From Mobula birostris (lineage: Eukaryota): a stretch of 64,000 nucleotides of DNA. The stretch spans positions 87,997,921 through 88,061,920 of the forward strand of contig NC_092383.1 in the NCBI RefSeq assembly GCF_030028105.1, given 5' to 3'. Both the position numbers and the translations under genes were made by a program. Below, in pieces: positions 61,401 through 64,000 of the stretch. The notes under the pieces are model-generated. The model was not told the DNA's origin, did not search any database, and saw only the letters and a list, made by a program, of their open reading frames with translations. Every line of letters begins with the position of its first letter. Position 1 is the stretch's first letter.

Positions 61401-64000
61401 ATTGCTGTAACACAAGAAACTCAACAGCAAACATGCACACAGCAAGCTCCCACAAACTTCAATAAAGACCAAGAATTGAGCACTTTATCTAAGGTTGTGG
61501 TGGCATTAGAGAGGGTTGATGAGAATTATCCCAGGAATCAAAGAGTTAATATGCGTGCAATGGGCTGCCTGCGATGGTGGTGGAGGTGGATACAATAGGG
61601 TCTTTCAAGAGACTCCTGGACAGATAAATGGAGCTCAGGAAAATAGAGGGCTATGGATAACCCTAGGTAATTTCTAAGGTAAGGACATGCTTGGCACAGC
61701 TTTGTGGGCCGAAGGGCCTGTATTGTGCTGTAGGGTTTCTATATTTCCATGTTTCTAATACATGAGGAGCAATTGATGTCTATGCATCTCTATTCACTGA
61801 AGTTTAGAAGATTTGTTTTTTTATAATGGGGTGTCTCAGACCAGAGGGCACAGCCTCAGAATTGAGGGACATTCATTTCGAATGGATATGAGGAGGAATT
61901 TCTTTAGCCAGAGGATGGTGGAACTGTGAAATCCAGAGTCCTTCTTATTGTAGTAGGAGGCCTTTTAATAGCCTTAGAACAAGTAGTTCCAGGGACCAAG
62001 TCACTGGGTATATTTAAAGTGCAAGTTGAAAGGTTTTTGATTAGTAAGGGTGTCAAAGGTTAGGGGAGAAAGGAGGAAAATAGGTTGGAAAGGATAATAA
62101 ATAAACATGTTGAATGGTGGAGCCTACTCGATGGGCTGAATGGCCTAATTCTGCATTATGTCTTATGGTCTTACAACCCGAAAATCTGTTTTAGTGATAT
62201 TGATGGAGGAATGATGACACTGGACAACAAACTTTTTCAAAAGTGTTGCTTCCTCAGAATTTTTTTTGTTTATTATACACTGCTTGAAGATGAACACAAA
62301 TGTAATTTCAGACTACTTGTATCACATAGGAATTTGGAGAAACAACAAGTTAACTTTTATTGGAGGAGGAGAAGCTGGCAGCGCGATGTAGCGCTCGTGG
62401 CCTCTCAGGTGATGGTATCTGTTATCTGTCAAGTAGGATGCCGTGCACAATTCTGATTTGATGAAGGCAGACGTGAGAGCATGGAGGAACATCTGGTGAA
62501 ACTTTTGAAATGCCTGTTTCTGTTTCGCTGTCACCGCTACTGTGTGATCCGAAATCTCCGGATGGGAAGGCCCCAAATCCTCGGCTTTGCTTGTTGCTCG
62601 GCGGCCAGGGTGGGGTCAAAGTGCTCGGCAGAGATGGTGCTCGGTGTCGGAGCGCTGGTCAGAGGCTCAAAGTTTTCGGACGGACTCAGAGTCGGACTGT
62701 GGTCAGGTGCTTCCAGAATACTACATTGGCAAGTTTGCAGCGCTGGAAGCTCATGGCAGGGAGAGTTTCTCCCTTCTACTGTCTGCGTGAGATGTTGGGG
62801 CATTGGGACTTTGAGACTTGTTTTTACCGTGCCCATGGTCTGCTCTTATCAAATTACGATATTGCTCTGCACTGTTGTAACTGTATGTTATAATTATGTG
62901 GTTTTTGTCAGCTTTAGTCTTGGTCTGTCTTGTGTTTCTGTGATATCATACTGGCGGAACATTGTATCATTTTTTAATGCATGCATTTCTAAATGACAAT
63001 AAACGAGGACTGAGTGTCCTCATAATCTAATTGAATATAATGTGTTTAATTGCATAATAGTGCTGATGCTTTGCAATAGTTCAACAAAGTTAAAAATATT
63101 TCGTTAATGATTTTCATTTGTACTCAGTGTCTTAGGCTTCTTGCTTAAGAGTTCAACAATAATTCGCCAGCATTGATGGATTTCAGTTGCCCTGGTATCT
63201 TTTCTCCGTGACCGCAATGTCCTGGTGAAACCTTTCACCATGCTCGTCACTAACAGCGCCAAGATTTGCAGGGAAGGAGTCTAAATGGGAATGCAGAAAG
63301 TGCATCTTTAGTGACATGTTACATTTCATGGTTTTATATACTTGAAGCATGCTTTCAACCAGCTGCATGTGGCTTGGTGCTCTGTCGATGCCGAGAAAAA
63401 TTTCAACAAATTCCTTGAATGCCTTCCATGTGATTTTCTCCGGTCCCACTAGAAATTCTTCAAATTTCCTGTCATTGATGATCTGTCTGATTTGTGGACC
63501 AACAAAAATGCTTTCCTTAGTCTTGGCATCAGTTATTCTGGGAAGCATCTGTCTAAAACTAAACACAAAATAATCTGCAGATGCTGGGATTGTCCTGCCA
63601 TGCAGTAGCTGTGCCACCCAAGCATGCCTGGACAAGAGAGGAAACTTTCCAGCTTATATTGCAGGCAACATTCTAATTGACTTGAATTATGAATTGAAGT
63701 AATAAGCAAAAGTTTATTAAAAAATGGTGCATGATAGGGAAATTTCATGGTGATTTTCATGATCAGTAGCCCAAAATTCATAAGATACACCCAGTGTAAT
63801 TGGACTGCAACTGGGATAGGTCTCCTCATCTTTGGAGCAGAGTGCAAAAGGAATGCACAAAGGATAGAAAATGGCAGTGATGGATGTCGTAAAGCATAAC
63901 AAGAAAACTTAAAGTTTTTGATGTTACCTCTGATGGAGGTAACATCAGAGGGAACTCAGACGGTTTTCATAAACTAGTAAAATTTAAAAACGCAAAGAGA
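55432..64000 (+). repeat. Segmental tandem duplication, copy 2 (unit period ~55.43 kb)
   Basis: Collinear with 1-8570, showing only SNPs and small indels. Confidence 0.98.

Overview
This is eukaryotic, TE-saturated genomic DNA. The repeat content suggests a cartilaginous fish, probably a ray or skate (inference). One host gene is reconstructable on the + strand: a CD300/pIgR-like immune receptor. Its exons are a signal peptide (9935-9974), two 312-nt Ig V exons (12421-12732, 16611-16922), a stalk exon (18817-18847) and TWO phase-compatible transmembrane exons. TM1 (21608-21719) has an Arg, a near-absent tail, and an immediate stop plus ATTAAA. TM2 (44043-44132) is uncharged and is followed by an ITIM-bearing terminal exon (45990-46121, AATAAA at 46157). 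This suggests one locus that could encode both activating-type and inhibitory-type receptors from a shared ectodomain. The gene sits in a ~55.43-kb tandem duplication unit (1-8570 recurs at 55432-64000). The rest is decayed mobile DNA: CR1, L2/Rex-type and Tx1 fragments, a full-length decayed L1 nested in a Gypsy element and itself carrying a HERO-like fragment, PNMA-gag-type Gypsy elements, Tigger, Tc1 and Chapaev-like DNA transposons, SINEs, and Penelope-type repeats with hammerhead-ribozyme motifs. All exon and isoform calls come from reading splice signals by eye and need RNA confirmation.
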